Assembly (NCBI GenBank): GCA_038236995.1
Contig: JBBRZE010000019.1
Coordinates: 2,831 to 66,830 of the forward strand
DNA length: 64,000 bases
Reading direction: 5' to 3'
Origin: Bacteroidales bacterium
GTDB taxonomy: Bacteria > Bacteroidota > Bacteroidia > Bacteroidales > Prolixibacteraceae
Position numbers and translations under genes: made by a program. Positions 1 through 9,540 of this stretch are shown here, in pieces. Below the pieces are notes generated by a model. It saw only the letters and a list, made by a program, of their open reading frames with translations, had not been told where the DNA came from and ran no database searches. How positions within the stretch are numbered: the first letter of the stretch is position 1; each line of letters begins with the position of its first letter.

Positions 1-508
1 GTTTGATCCTGAGGGCTTGTTGTGTATTGTTTCTGCAATAACAGTAACCTTAATGGGGGCTTTAGCCGGTTCACTCCTTCGCGACGGAGAACCTGCATCA
101 AAACGAAAAGCAGGGATATTAGCGATAGCCGGTGCCTGTCTTATCACAGTTGCGCTTGTTCTTTCAACATTTTACCCGATCATCAAAGCAGCATGGACAG
201 TTCCTTTCAACCTGCTGACAGTAGGGATTGGTTCCCTTCTGCTTTCATTATTCTATTTTACAATTGACGTAAAAAACTGGACAGGAGGAATTGTTTCATA
301 TAAAATATTGTTTTTTAAGGTAATAGGAATGAATTCCATTACGATCTATATGCTAACTGCAATTATCGATTTTCGTGGCGCTTCCATGTTTTTTGCAGGT
401 TGGCTCGCTGCCCCTTTAGGTGAATGGATCGTGATTTTGGGGGCCATTGTACTTGAATGGTTGTTACTGTATTACCTTTATCAAAAGAAAATCTTCCTGC
501 GGGTTTAA
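1..508 (+). CDS. C-terminal part of a multi-pass membrane acyltransferase-like protein (DUF5009 / heparan-alpha-glucosaminide N-acetyltransferase-like); the 5' end lies outside the window
   Basis: The frame is open from base 2 (FDPEGLLCIVSAITV...), so the listed TTG at 17 is not the true start. Several hydrophobic helices are present. 'DPEGLL' and 'MNSITIYML' resemble this family from memory. Confidence 0.5.
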   Translation, partial: FDPEGLLCIVSAITVTLMGALAGSLLRDGEPASKRKAGILAIAGACLITVALVLSTFYPIIKAAWTVPFNLLTVGIGSLLLSLFYFTIDVKNWTGGIVSYKILFFKVIGMNSITIYMLTAIIDFRGASMFFAGWLAAPLGEWIVILGAIVLEWLLLYYLYQKKIFLRV

Positions 509-620
509 TTTTTCTGATCAACTGTTAAACTTTACCGGAACTAAAATTGAAGTATTTGTGACTGAGATCTAACGAATTTTCTACTTTTGTCATGAATATT
601 TCATTTTTGATAATATAATT

Positions 621-1439
621 ATGTCAGTACAGAAAGAGGTGAAAAGGGTTACAACCCATGTGCTTGCTGAAATGAAGTTGCATGGAGAGAAGATTTCGAT
701 GTTGACTTCCTACGATTACAGCATGGCGAAGCTTGTCGATCAGGCTGGTATTGATGTGATTCTTGTAGGAGATTCAGCTTCGAATGTGATGGCTGGAAAC
801 GAAACTACGCTCCCGATTACACTCGACCAGATGATTTATCATGGCAAATCGGTTGTGAGGGCTGTGACAAGGGCATTGGTCGTTGTTGATATGCCATTCG
901 GAACCTACCAGGGTAATTCGCTTGAGGCGCTTAACTCAGCGATCAAAATCATGAAAATCACCCATGCGGATGCAGTGAAACTTGAGGGTGGCAAAGAAGA
1001 AATCGAATCGGTTGAGCGGATTGTCAGGGCTGGGATACCAGTGATGGGCCATCTCGGACTAATGCCACAGTCAATACACAAATACGGAACTTATTCGGTA
1101 AGGGCGAAGGAAGAGGTAGAAGCGAAAAAACTAATCGAAGATGCCCATTTATTGGAGCAAGCCGGTTGCTTTGCAATCGTTCTCGAGAAAATACCAGCAA
1201 AGCTTGGCGAACAAGTTGCTAAAGAATTAAAAATTCCGGTAATAGGTATTGGTGCGGGAGGAGAAGTTGATGGTCAGGTTCTTGTTATTCACGATATGCT
1301 AGGCCTGACACAGGAATTCTCCCCCCGGTTTTTACGTCGTTACCTGAATCTAGCTGCTGACATTAAAGGTGCGGTTGAAAATTATGTAGCAGATGTAAAA
1401 TCACGTGACTTTCCGAATGAGAAAGAACAATACGAGTAG
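621..1439 (+). CDS. panB: 3-methyl-2-oxobutanoate hydroxymethyltransferase (ketopantoate hydroxymethyltransferase)
   Basis: 272 aa. '[33 protein letters not shown]' and 'VKLEGG' are typical PanB motifs along the full length. Confidence 0.9.
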   Translation: MSVQKEVKRVTTHVLAEMKLHGEKISMLTSYDYSMAKLVDQAGIDVILVGDSASNVMAGNETTLPITLDQMIYHGKSVVRAVTRALVVVDMPFGTYQGNSLEALNSAIKIMKITHADAVKLEGGKEEIESVERIVRAGIPVMGHLGLMPQSIHKYGTYSVRAKEEVEAKKLIEDAHLLEQAGCFAIVLEKIPAKLGEQVAKELKIPVIGIGAGGEVDGQVLVIHDMLGLTQEFSPRFLRRYLNLAADIKGAVENYVADVKSRDFPNEKEQYE

Positions 1440-1510
1440 TTTGTCGATATTAAATGAGATAGTTTGCCAGGCTTCGAAAATATTTTGTTTAGATAATTTT
1501 TGATATAAAA

Positions 1511-2206
1511 TTGATGACGCAATTAGCCGTTCTTTTTGAAGACAATCATATTATTGCCATCAACAAACGATGTGGGGAGATCGTGCAGGGAGACAAAACC
1601 GGCGACCCAACAATGGGAGATGAGGTAAAGAATTATCTTAAAGAGAAATACAACAAGCCTGGCAATGTATTTTTAGGTGTGACTCATCGTCTCGACCGGC
1701 CGACAAGTGGTGCTGTACTTTTTGCCAGAACTTCAAAAGCGCTAACGCGACTGAATGAAATGTTCAAGGAGGACCATTCGATCCACAAAACTTATTGGGC
1801 AGTAGTTGACAAAAAGCCAGAGCCATCAACCTGTAAATTAGACCACTGGATTGTTCGCGACACGAAGAAGAATAAGTCATTTGCATATCTGAATGAAAGG
1901 AAGGAATCGAAAAAAGCCAGCCTGACTTACCATTATCTTAGTTCGTCTGATCGTTTTCATCTGATTGAAATCGAACTGCATACCGGGCGGCATCATCAAA
2001 TCAGGGCGCAGTTGTCCACCATTGGATTGCACATCAAAGGAGATCTCAAATATGGTTTTTCACGATCAAACAGCGACGGAGGAATTCACCTTCATGCCCG
2101 TAAAATTGAATTTACGCATCCTGTAACCGGGGACCCAATCACCATCCTGGCACCTCCACCAAATGATCCCGTCTGGAATTATTTTATCAAGACGATTGAG
2201 GTTTAA
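1511..2206 (+). CDS. RluA-family pseudouridine synthase
   Basis: 231 aa. Has the catalytic 'HRLDRPTSG' motif and 'GRHHQIRAQL'. The likely true start is the ATG at 1514. Confidence 0.85.
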   Translation: MMTQLAVLFEDNHIIAINKRCGEIVQGDKTGDPTMGDEVKNYLKEKYNKPGNVFLGVTHRLDRPTSGAVLFARTSKALTRLNEMFKEDHSIHKTYWAVVDKKPEPSTCKLDHWIVRDTKKNKSFAYLNERKESKKASLTYHYLSSSDRFHLIEIELHTGRHHQIRAQLSTIGLHIKGDLKYGFSRSNSDGGIHLHARKIEFTHPVTGDPITILAPPPNDPVWNYFIKTIEV

Positions 2207-2835
2207 TTATCTTTCAGAAATCCCGGTAATTTTTCCAATAACGTTCCTGGCTTGATATGAAGGACCTTCATTCCTAACGCTTTAGCCGCTTTAGTATTTT
2301 CTTCCATATCGTCAATAAATAGCGTCTCTTCCGGCTCAAGACCGGCCTCAGTTAAAGCATGAATGTAAATCCGGGGATTTGGTTTTCGCATTCCCATTTC
2401 ATGCGAATAGAAGTTCCGTTCAAATAAGTCGTAAAACGAATAGCCAAAGTCCGCTTCGAATTCCCGGTGAAATTTGATACGGTGAATTTCGTTCGTATTG
2501 CTCAATAAAAATAACCGGTAGCTCTTTTTCAATTCTTCTAGATACCTGATCCTGTCGGCGGGAATATCCAGAATCATTGCTGTCCAGGCTTCATCAATTT
2601 CCCTGTCATTCCTTTGTAAGGCAGTCATTTTCCTTACATTATTACGAAAAACCTCGGGCGATGAATTTCCACTTTCGAGGCTGTAAAAGAGTTCCTTACC
2701 GTTCGTTTTATTATTCTCCTCATAAAAATCGCTCCATCCCAGGTTCCGAAATGCATCTACAGTTAATTGCGGATTGATGTTTAGGATAACTCCTCCAAGG
2801 TCGAAAATGATATTGTGAATTGGTTTTACCGACAT
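2203..2835 (-). CDS. HAD-superfamily (subfamily IA) hydrolase/phosphatase
   Basis: 210 aa. N-terminal 'IIFDLGGVIL' (HAD motif I) and C-terminal 'FIDDMEEN' (motif IV). Confidence 0.75.
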   Translation of the reverse strand: MSVKPIHNIIFDLGGVILNINPQLTVDAFRNLGWSDFYEENNKTNGKELFYSLESGNSSPEVFRNNVRKMTALQRNDREIDEAWTAMILDIPADRIRYLEELKKSYRLFLLSNTNEIHRIKFHREFEADFGYSFYDLFERNFYSHEMGMRKPNPRIYIHALTEAGLEPEETLFIDDMEENTKAAKALGMKVLHIKPGTLLEKLPGFLKDN

Positions 2836-2880
2836 AATTAGTAATTTTCTGATGCAAAGATATTGGTTTAATGTTTGTTT

Positions 2881-3987
2881 CTACGCCATATCTTTTGCGG
2901 CGGCTTCCATTAACAGGTAAAACGCCTGCGCTTCAGGAGCAAAATAGGAACGGTCGAAATTTGGCAATCCACACACATCGTGTACATAACCCAAACTATC
3001 AACGCGATCGTTCGTAGCTTTTCGCATAATTTCAGCATTTACGAGGTAGCCAAAATCGAGATAACCAGCTTTAACTCCCCGGAATATCGTGTAAGCAAGC
3101 ATTTGGCTCAGATTCACTTCAGGAAATGTATCAGGTCTGTTAACCACATCGTGAAAAAGTCCGTCCGGCCGGAGGTATTTCAAACAACCATCCAAAATCT
3201 CCTTCACATAAATGATCAACTTCTTTTTCTCCTCCATCCTATTTTCAGGAAGCAACTTAATGACTCGTGTTATTCCGGCCGCTGACCATCCATTACCGAC
3301 ACCCCAAAAATCCTCGCGTTTGAATTGTTTATTTTCATCATCCCAAATATGGGAATACAACTTATCTTTTGGATGATATAAATATTTTCGAAAACCGTCG
3401 ATTTGCCTAATTGCTTCCTTGTATTCTCCAGCCGCGGCCAGAAAAGGTGGTAACATGTAATTCCCATCCGACATGATCCATTTAGTAGGTTCCTGTGTGT
3501 GATAGATGATTCCTTCATGCGTTTTATGATTTGACGTTTTAAATACATCAAGCATTGCGTCGGCACCCGTTTTAAATATCGGATCGCCCATCTTTTTATA
3601 AGCGAATAAGACCACCTCCCCTATACTTGAACAGTCGTTGATCGGACCATTGCCTTTAATCACCGAAAACCGCCCGTTTACCTGCCTTAAAATTGCACCT
3701 CTGGCAAACGAAATGGCAAGATCATATTCGCCCATCTCGAGAAACGCCTGTGCAACTGTACCTTGTTCCCAATCGAAACGTTGCATTCCAAGCGTGGCAA
3801 TTTTCACCCGTTCGATACGGTCCTTTAAATCGGATGGTTTACCAGAGAAAAGATCTTTCTTATTATCTTGTATTTGCGGACCGGAAGCGCTATAAGCAAT
3901 GGTTTGCATTCCAACTAAACCGACTGAAACGCCAGCAGCTGATTTCAAAAAGACCCTCCTTGATTGGTTATTTTCCATTTTTTTCAT
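2881..3987 (-). CDS. Glycoside hydrolase family 88/105-like unsaturated glycuronyl hydrolase, exported
   Basis: 368 aa. Twin-arginine-like signal 'SRRVFLKSAAGVSVG'. 'FWGVGNGWSAAGITRVI' is typical of GH88/GH105. Confidence 0.65.
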   Translation of the reverse strand: MKKMENNQSRRVFLKSAAGVSVGLVGMQTIAYSASGPQIQDNKKDLFSGKPSDLKDRIERVKIATLGMQRFDWEQGTVAQAFLEMGEYDLAISFARGAILRQVNGRFSVIKGNGPINDCSSIGEVVLFAYKKMGDPIFKTGADAMLDVFKTSNHKTHEGIIYHTQEPTKWIMSDGNYMLPPFLAAAGEYKEAIRQIDGFRKYLYHPKDKLYSHIWDDENKQFKREDFWGVGNGWSAAGITRVIKLLPENRMEEKKKLIIYVKEILDGCLKYLRPDGLFHDVVNRPDTFPEVNLSQMLAYTIFRGVKAGYLDFGYLVNAEIMRKATNDRVDSLGYVHDVCGLPNFDRSYFAPEAQAFYLLMEAAAKDMA

Positions 3988-4083
3988 TCGTCAGGTGGAA
4001 GAATTATTTGAACAAATGTAGATAAAAATTTGTAGCTGATTAAAACAACCTATATTTGAAAGGCTATAAAAGCATTTTTCGAT

Positions 4084-4992
4084 ATGTCTGACAAACATCA
4101 CCACCATCACCCAATTTTAAGCGGAAAGAATTTGATTCTTCCGATCATCCTTAACGTAGGAATCACAGTTGCACAAGTTATTGGGGGTATCATATCCGGA
4201 AGTATTGCCCTTCTTTCGGATGCTGCACATAACTTCAGTGACGTTCTGGCACTGATATTTAGCTATATTGCTGCAAGGTTAGCCGGACGCGACAGAACGC
4301 TAAAAGAAACATTCGGGTATAAACGTGCCGGAATATTTGCCGCATTTATTAACGCTGCAACCCTGATGATTATTGCAACCGTTCTTATCCAGGAGGCCAT
4401 TGAGCGGTTAATGAACCCAAGGCCAGTTGAAGGAAATATCGTGATATACCTTGCTGCGCTGGGGATTCTCTTTAATGGAGTAAGCGCCCTGATGGTAAAA
4501 AAGGAGGCTGGATCAGATATAAATATGCGCTCTGCCTATCTGCACCTGTTTACCGATATGCTCACCTCTGTGGCCGTTTTTATAGGCGGTTTTGCTATCA
4601 GTTACCTTGGATGGTTCTGGGTAGATGGTGTCCTGACCATTGCGATTTCACTCTTTCTGATTTACAGCAGCTGGGAAATTTTCTATGAATCGGTACGGAT
4701 ATTTATGCAATTTACCCCTTCACAGATTAATATTGAAGACGTTGCAGCCGAGATTACACTGATAAAAGGCGTTAAGAATATTCACCACGTTCATGCCTGG
4801 AAACTTGACGATCATGACATGATGTTCGAAGCACATCTCGATCTTGAGGAGGATTATACGATTTCACATTTCGAGTTGATTCTGGATAAAGTAGAGACCA
4901 TCCTTCTACATCACGACATTCATCATTTCAATATTCAACCCGAATGGGTTCGCGATGATGAAAAGTCGTTAATCAACAAATTGGATCACTGA
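4084..4992 (+). CDS. Cation diffusion facilitator (CDF) family divalent-metal efflux transporter
   Basis: 302 aa. His-rich N-terminus 'DKHHHHHP', six TM segments, 'LLSDAAHNFSDV' and 'HLFTDMLTS' metal-site motifs, and a cytoplasmic C-terminal domain. Confidence 0.85.
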   Translation: MSDKHHHHHPILSGKNLILPIILNVGITVAQVIGGIISGSIALLSDAAHNFSDVLALIFSYIAARLAGRDRTLKETFGYKRAGIFAAFINAATLMIIATVLIQEAIERLMNPRPVEGNIVIYLAALGILFNGVSALMVKKEAGSDINMRSAYLHLFTDMLTSVAVFIGGFAISYLGWFWVDGVLTIAISLFLIYSSWEIFYESVRIFMQFTPSQINIEDVAAEITLIKGVKNIHHVHAWKLDDHDMMFEAHLDLEEDYTISHFELILDKVETILLHHDIHHFNIQPEWVRDDEKSLINKLDH

Positions 4993-5207
4993 AAACTAAA
5001 ATTCTCAGGTTTACTCTGTCGTGCTGAGATCTTTCAACGTGGTTTTACCCATAATTTCGAAAGTGCTGTCTCTTACAGCTTTAAATGCTTGCCTGATTTT
5101 ACAGAGCGCTTCAACCTTGCAAAATTCGCAAGGTTGATACGACTTTTCTGAGACGTAGGAGGTCAGTTTTGTGGAGACAAGTCATATCTTAACAGTATAT
5201 TTTTGAC

Positions 5208-5490
5208 CATTTACAATGCCCGGCATCGTATTTACATTAGCATTCCGGTTGCTTGCAATGACCGGCAGCATATTTACAATAGCATTCCGGTTGCTTGCAA
5301 TGACCGGCAGCATATTTACAATAGCATTCCGGTTGCTGACAATGACCGGCAACATATTTACAATAGGATTCTGGTTGCCTGCAATGACCGGCAGCATATT
5401 TACAATAGGATTCCGGTTGCTTACAATGACCGGCAACATATTTACAATAGGATTTCGGTTGTTTGCAATGACCGGCAATATATTTACACA
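5208..5490. repeat. Tandem array of a 42-bp unit (6 full copies plus partial copies at both ends), each unit with a CCGGT-n11-ACCGG dyad
   Basis: Full units start at 5230, 5272, 5314, 5356, 5398 and 5440. Consensus ATTTACAATAGCATTCCGGTTGCTTGCAATGACCGGCAGCAT. The register is exact, with no spacers. Confidence 0.95.
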
Positions 5491-5630
5491 ACCATCATGG
5501 CTATTTATACAGGAGTTTTCACGGAACTGAGTCTATTCTATAATTTTCTTCGGGAGGATTAACACCTGCCTTTTAGGATATTTCTGTTTATATACTCAGG
5601 ATAGCGCAGGAAATGCACGATCCTGAATAT

Positions 5631-7949
5631 TTAGAGGCTCCCAAATTTGATTCCAAAATAATAAGTACGGGGCGCTGATGGTCCGTAAATGTAGTTGCTG
5701 TCACGGTTTTTACCCGAGTCGAAATCATCCTGGTAGGCGTTGAAAATATTTTTAATGCCACCAAATATTTCTATTCCAAGGTTTAACCGAATCACTTTGG
5801 TCAGGTAGATCAGCTTAACATTGTTTTCAAGGAAACTACGTGTAGTGACATACTTGTCGTTCACGGGATTTTCGGGAGCACCTGCGAGGTGCAGAATCTC
5901 CATTTTACCGGTATAAACCCCGCTGATCGAAGCATTAAATTTCCCTTTTGGGGTCAAGGTAAAGGTATAATAACCGTATTTGTCGGGGCTTCTAAGGTAG
6001 TGTTTCACGGCTGGGAGTGTCGCTGAATAGCGTACAGGGTTTTCGTAATTGCTCTTCTGATAGGTATAACCAGCTTCCAGCTGCACTTTCCCGCTATAGT
6101 TTCCCCTTAGTTCAACCGTTACCCCACGGACAAGCGAACTTGCGGCATTCCGCTTTTCGTAAATCACACCGAATTCATCGGAACCGACCTCTTCAAGTAC
6201 AAATGAATTGTTGAGCTGCGTATAAAATCCTTCGAGTGTATATCCCAAAATAAAACGTTCTGTTGGCTTATCGAAATTGAATGAGGCGCTGAAACTGTTT
6301 GAACGCTCTTCGCGCAGATCATCAGATAGCCGGATTCTTGAAATCCCGCCTCCGGCAAATGCGATATGCATATCGGCATCGAAAGCTTGAGGGGCACGGA
6401 ATCCGGTTGACCATGAAACCCTGAGTTGAGATGCATTTTTATATTTGTATAGTAAAGATAACCTTGGATTCACAATAAGTTTATCCACCAGGTTATGTTT
6501 GTCGGCACGTATTCCTGAAAGGAAAGTAAGGCCCCGGGCAAAATTCCAGTCACTCTGCAAAAAGCTGCCCGATGTTCGTGTCGTCTGATCAAGTTTGTAG
6601 TTATAGGCATCAATTTCGTCAACGATATCATCATAAAAATACTCTGTACCAATTGTAAACAAATTGGTTCCGGTAATGAATTTGTCCGTTTTATAATTGA
6701 ATTGTACACCTCCCTGGTAGGAGCGATTCAAGGTGTTACCATAAGGAGGATTCAACAGGTGATTGTTGTATGCTGGCTGGTCATCCGGTTCAGGAAGAAT
6801 ACCCGTGTAATGATTCCTTTTCGTGCTTTGTGCCCCGGCATAGGCCGAGAAAGAGCTCTTTTCATTGAAAGTAATCTCATAATCGATTCCGCCCATTAAC
6901 ACATTATGGGTACGTTCTTCCGATTGTTGGGTCAGAAAAGCTGGTTTCGCAGACATCTCACCACCAAACCGGTATTCGTACAAACTGCTAATACTGAATT
7001 CTATTTTCTGATTTGCCGTAGGCTTTAAAAAGGCAGTTACCCCAAAAGAGTTATTTTTCAGCATCGGTAGCTCCGAATAATTGTCACCATTTTGGTCGTA
7101 GCTCTCCCTGTCGCGGTGCGATGCAAAGAACGACATCCCTGAATTCCGTTGAGGTGAAAGCACATTGGCATTGGCATTGAGCTGAAAATCGGATGCTCCA
7201 TTTCCAATCCAGGAATGGTTCGATGTGACCTGGTAGGAGTTATTGTCGGGTATTTTGGTGATTATATTTACGATTCCGCCAATAGCACTCGATCCATATA
7301 AAACCGAACCACCTCCCCGAACCACTTCTATCCGGTCGACCATGTTGGCAGGGATCTGTTCAAGACCATAAAGTCCTGTCAGCGGACTAAATACGGGTCT
7401 GCTGTTAACAAGGATGAGCGAGTAAGCACCCCCGAGTCCGTTCATGCGCAGTTGTGAATAATTACACGTTTGGCAATCAGTCTCGACACGTAAGCCAGGT
7501 TGAAAACACAAACCTTCCGATAACGTGGTTGCCTGGATAATATTAAGCATTTTTCCCTCAATTACATTCACAATTACAGGTGAATCGGTTTTTCGCTTCG
7601 ACGTTTTGGTTCCTGAAATCACCACTTCGTTTATAGTGTTCAGAACTTCCTTTAAATCAAAATTAACCTCGATTGTAGTGCCTTTTATGACTTTGATCTT
7701 TTTAGTTTGCGTCTCATATCCGATCATTTGGGCGACAAGAATATACTCCCCTTCCGGTAGATTTACTAGCATATAATGGCCGGTATTATCAGTTGAGGTG
7801 CCGATCGCTTTGCCCTGAATAAACACATAGACAAACGAAAGATGTTCGCCATTTGATTTTACATCTCCGAAAACATTGGCATCGGTTTTTCGACCCACTA
7901 CCATAAATGGAATGGCAGTCAATAATATATACAGATATACGAGTTTCAT
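5631..7949 (-). CDS. TonB-dependent outer-membrane receptor with N-terminal CarboxypepD_reg-like domain
   Basis: 772 aa. Signal peptide, 'GEYILVAQMIGYETQ' CarboxypepD_reg fold, plug region 'VDRIEVVRGGGSVLYGSSAIGGIVNIITK', and a beta-barrel ending in 'YYFGIKFGSL'. Confidence 0.85.
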   Translation of the reverse strand: MKLVYLYILLTAIPFMVVGRKTDANVFGDVKSNGEHLSFVYVFIQGKAIGTSTDNTGHYMLVNLPEGEYILVAQMIGYETQTKKIKVIKGTTIEVNFDLKEVLNTINEVVISGTKTSKRKTDSPVIVNVIEGKMLNIIQATTLSEGLCFQPGLRVETDCQTCNYSQLRMNGLGGAYSLILVNSRPVFSPLTGLYGLEQIPANMVDRIEVVRGGGSVLYGSSAIGGIVNIITKIPDNNSYQVTSNHSWIGNGASDFQLNANANVLSPQRNSGMSFFASHRDRESYDQNGDNYSELPMLKNNSFGVTAFLKPTANQKIEFSISSLYEYRFGGEMSAKPAFLTQQSEERTHNVLMGGIDYEITFNEKSSFSAYAGAQSTKRNHYTGILPEPDDQPAYNNHLLNPPYGNTLNRSYQGGVQFNYKTDKFITGTNLFTIGTEYFYDDIVDEIDAYNYKLDQTTRTSGSFLQSDWNFARGLTFLSGIRADKHNLVDKLIVNPRLSLLYKYKNASQLRVSWSTGFRAPQAFDADMHIAFAGGGISRIRLSDDLREERSNSFSASFNFDKPTERFILGYTLEGFYTQLNNSFVLEEVGSDEFGVIYEKRNAASSLVRGVTVELRGNYSGKVQLEAGYTYQKSNYENPVRYSATLPAVKHYLRSPDKYGYYTFTLTPKGKFNASISGVYTGKMEILHLAGAPENPVNDKYVTTRSFLENNVKLIYLTKVIRLNLGIEIFGGIKNIFNAYQDDFDSGKNRDSNYIYGPSAPRTYYFGIKFGSL

Positions 7950-7971
7950 ATTAAATTATTTATGATTTCTA

Positions 7972-8002
7972 TCCGGAATTAATACAGCAATGATTAATTC
8001 CG
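7972..8002 (-). promoter_or_regulatory. Perfect 11-bp inverted repeat (9-nt loop) 23 nt upstream of the TonB-receptor start codon; role unknown (operator or 5'-leader hairpin)
   Basis: CCGGAATTAAT acagcaatg ATTAATTCCGG, read directly from the sequence. Confidence 0.5.
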
Positions 8003-8104
8003 GTTAAGTATTTTAACGGAAATCGGATAATGAAAGTTCGTCTTCTGGTAATAAAAGATTCATCCGTTAGTTGGCGGAATACACAAAATTGCTTTTATAT
8101 TGAG

Positions 8105-8141
8105 GTGAAAAAGAAGGGATGAGTTTATACAATCTCACCCC
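8105..8141 (-). terminator. Rho-independent terminator after the 8157-9020 gene
   Basis: On the minus strand: GGGGTGAG-n10-CTCATCCC (8 bp, one G.U) followed by TTCTTTTT. Confidence 0.6.
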
Positions 8142-8156
8142 TTTAGAATATTCAAA

Positions 8157-9020
8157 CTATTTTACAATTGTAAAACGGACCGGCAACTCACCGTTATTAC
8201 AAAGTGCTGCAAAATAGCGCACTTCGGCTTGTGTGAAATCACCTGTAATTGAGCATTTACCACCTTCGATCGCATCTCTTATTACAGGAGCATAGAGCAC
8301 CTTGTTATCCAATACAATTGCAATTGCATTGTTAATATTACGCCTTGTTGCATCAGCCCAAAGTTGTACCGCCGGTTTTTTAAATTCAATCCCAAGCTCA
8401 TAGATTCCGGATGCTTTGTCCAGACCGGATTTCGCACTTTCAATATCCGATCCTGTCAGCAATGCCCCTTTTTCGCCTTCCAAACGAAGTGCATAAAGAC
8501 ACACATTCGCATCTCCTGAGGAAGCACTCCAGGCAAATTTACAATTCTGATTGAGGGTAACTGTCTTTAAATACTCGTTTACTTTTTCCACTTCCGGTAC
8601 GGTAGCACAACCAATTACTGCCATTGAATGATCAGGGCCATCGGCCTTTAAAAGTGAAAATAAATGATTGTCTCCCTTTAAAATTTCGGAAAAACTTTCG
8701 CGATTGTAAGTCGCATAAAATGACAATGATCCTTGATGTGTAAGAAGGTTTTCAATTGCCTTCACATCCCAGCCATCAGCAAGAACTACCTGAATTTGGT
8801 TCTTCCCGGGAATGACTGTCAGTTCAAACTTTTCGGAACTGAAATCCTTTAGCCGGGCCGTAAAAATCGCTGCAGATTGCGAAAGCGTGGCCGATGAGAT
8901 ATTGTTATCAGCCGATTGGATCAAAATACGGGTTTCTGCACTTGCCTTATTAGAAAAGAAACTGGCAATTATACCGAATGCAAAAACGGCTATTATTAAA
9001 TAGATGATTGTTTTTTTCAT
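8157..9020 (-). CDS. Exported hypothetical protein with a SecD/SecF P1-head-like C-terminal domain
   Basis: 287 aa with an N-terminal signal/anchor. The C-terminus 'IVLDNKVLYAPVIRDAIEGGKCSITGDFTQAEVRYFAALCNNGELPV' resembles the SecD P1 head motif. Confidence 0.4.
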   Translation of the reverse strand: MKKTIIYLIIAVFAFGIIASFFSNKASAETRILIQSADNNISSATLSQSAAIFTARLKDFSSEKFELTVIPGKNQIQVVLADGWDVKAIENLLTHQGSLSFYATYNRESFSEILKGDNHLFSLLKADGPDHSMAVIGCATVPEVEKVNEYLKTVTLNQNCKFAWSASSGDANVCLYALRLEGEKGALLTGSDIESAKSGLDKASGIYELGIEFKKPAVQLWADATRRNINNAIAIVLDNKVLYAPVIRDAIEGGKCSITGDFTQAEVRYFAALCNNGELPVRFTIVK

Positions 9021-9096
9021 TTTATAAAATTTTTAAGTTAAAAATACGGTTCCCTTTTCGAAAAGACGGAACATTTGTAATATTACTTGTGGTAAT

Positions 9097-9498
9097 CTAA
9101 CTTAAAACGGGCACATCTTCAGCCCCTTTGGGGAAGAGGTGGTAATAAAACCGGCTCATAGCGAATGGTTTTATTACTAATTCGGTTTGACGGAGCGTGA
9201 AAAACCGTTGGGCGATCGTTCTGTTGTCCGCAGATTGTTTAAAGGTTGTATTAAAAAGGTGAATGTACTTTTGATCGACAAAAGAAACCCAGGATTTTTC
9301 GAAGAGCGGTAACTGAACAGCATCTGCACCAACAGCCTGAGCAGATTTTGAATGCCATTCCGATACTAATTCGTGCGGCACCGGCTTGATTGATTGCAGA
9401 TTCGAGTAGTCAGAAAAAGCAGCAACAATAAAAAAGAAAAGAACTATAAATAGCGCTGTTCCAAAATAATTGCCGATATCTTCAACTCTGTTTTTCAT
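9097..9498 (-). CDS. Hypothetical membrane-anchored protein
   Basis: 133 aa with one N-terminal TM helix (ALFIVLFFFIVAAF). No family recognised. Co-directional with its neighbours. Confidence 0.4.
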   Translation of the reverse strand: MKNRVEDIGNYFGTALFIVLFFFIVAAFSDYSNLQSIKPVPHELVSEWHSKSAQAVGADAVQLPLFEKSWVSFVDQKYIHLFNTTFKQSADNRTIAQRFFTLRQTELVIKPFAMSRFYYHLFPKGAEDVPVLS

Positions 9499-9540
9499 GA
9501 TTCAAAGATAAATAATTCATTTCAAAATTTACGAACGATT

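Noticed and set aside
555-589. panB promoter (TTTG at 555-558, TACTTTTG at 582-589)
   Set aside because: The -7 box is a good match, but the spacer to the TTTG is 23 nt rather than about 19-21. I did not list it as a feature.
5113-5137. Perfect 9-bp hairpin CAACCTTGC-aaaattc-GCAAGGTTG after the CDF gene as its terminator
   Set aside because: It lies 120 nt past the stop codon and has no U tract on either side. It may be structural, but it does not meet intrinsic-terminator criteria.
5020-5478. Minus-strand frame continuity across a TGA (5182-5184), linking the repeat ORF to a 53-codon tail (..SYQPCEFCKVEALCKIRQAFKAVRDSTFEIMGKTTLKDLSTTE*)
   Set aside because: I recognise no family for the tail, there is no credible start, and same-frame continuity happens by chance one time in three. 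I found no SECIS-like evidence. It is noted only because the AraC gene also has an in-frame TGA.
5208-5490. Possible CRISPR array (regular ~42-bp periodicity with a small hairpin per unit)
   Set aside because: The units abut one another with no unique spacers. The whole 42 bp is the repeat. No cas genes or leader are present.
5237-5491. Cys/His-rich 14-aa repeat ORF (CKQPECYCKYAAGH x6) as a metallothionein-like protein next to the CDF exporter
   Set aside because: The idea is tempting, but the ORF starts at a TTG immediately after W and a TGA stop. It is only one of four stop-free frames produced by the same 42-bp repeat, and it has no upstream promoter-like box. Nothing distinguishes it from a by-product of the repeat.
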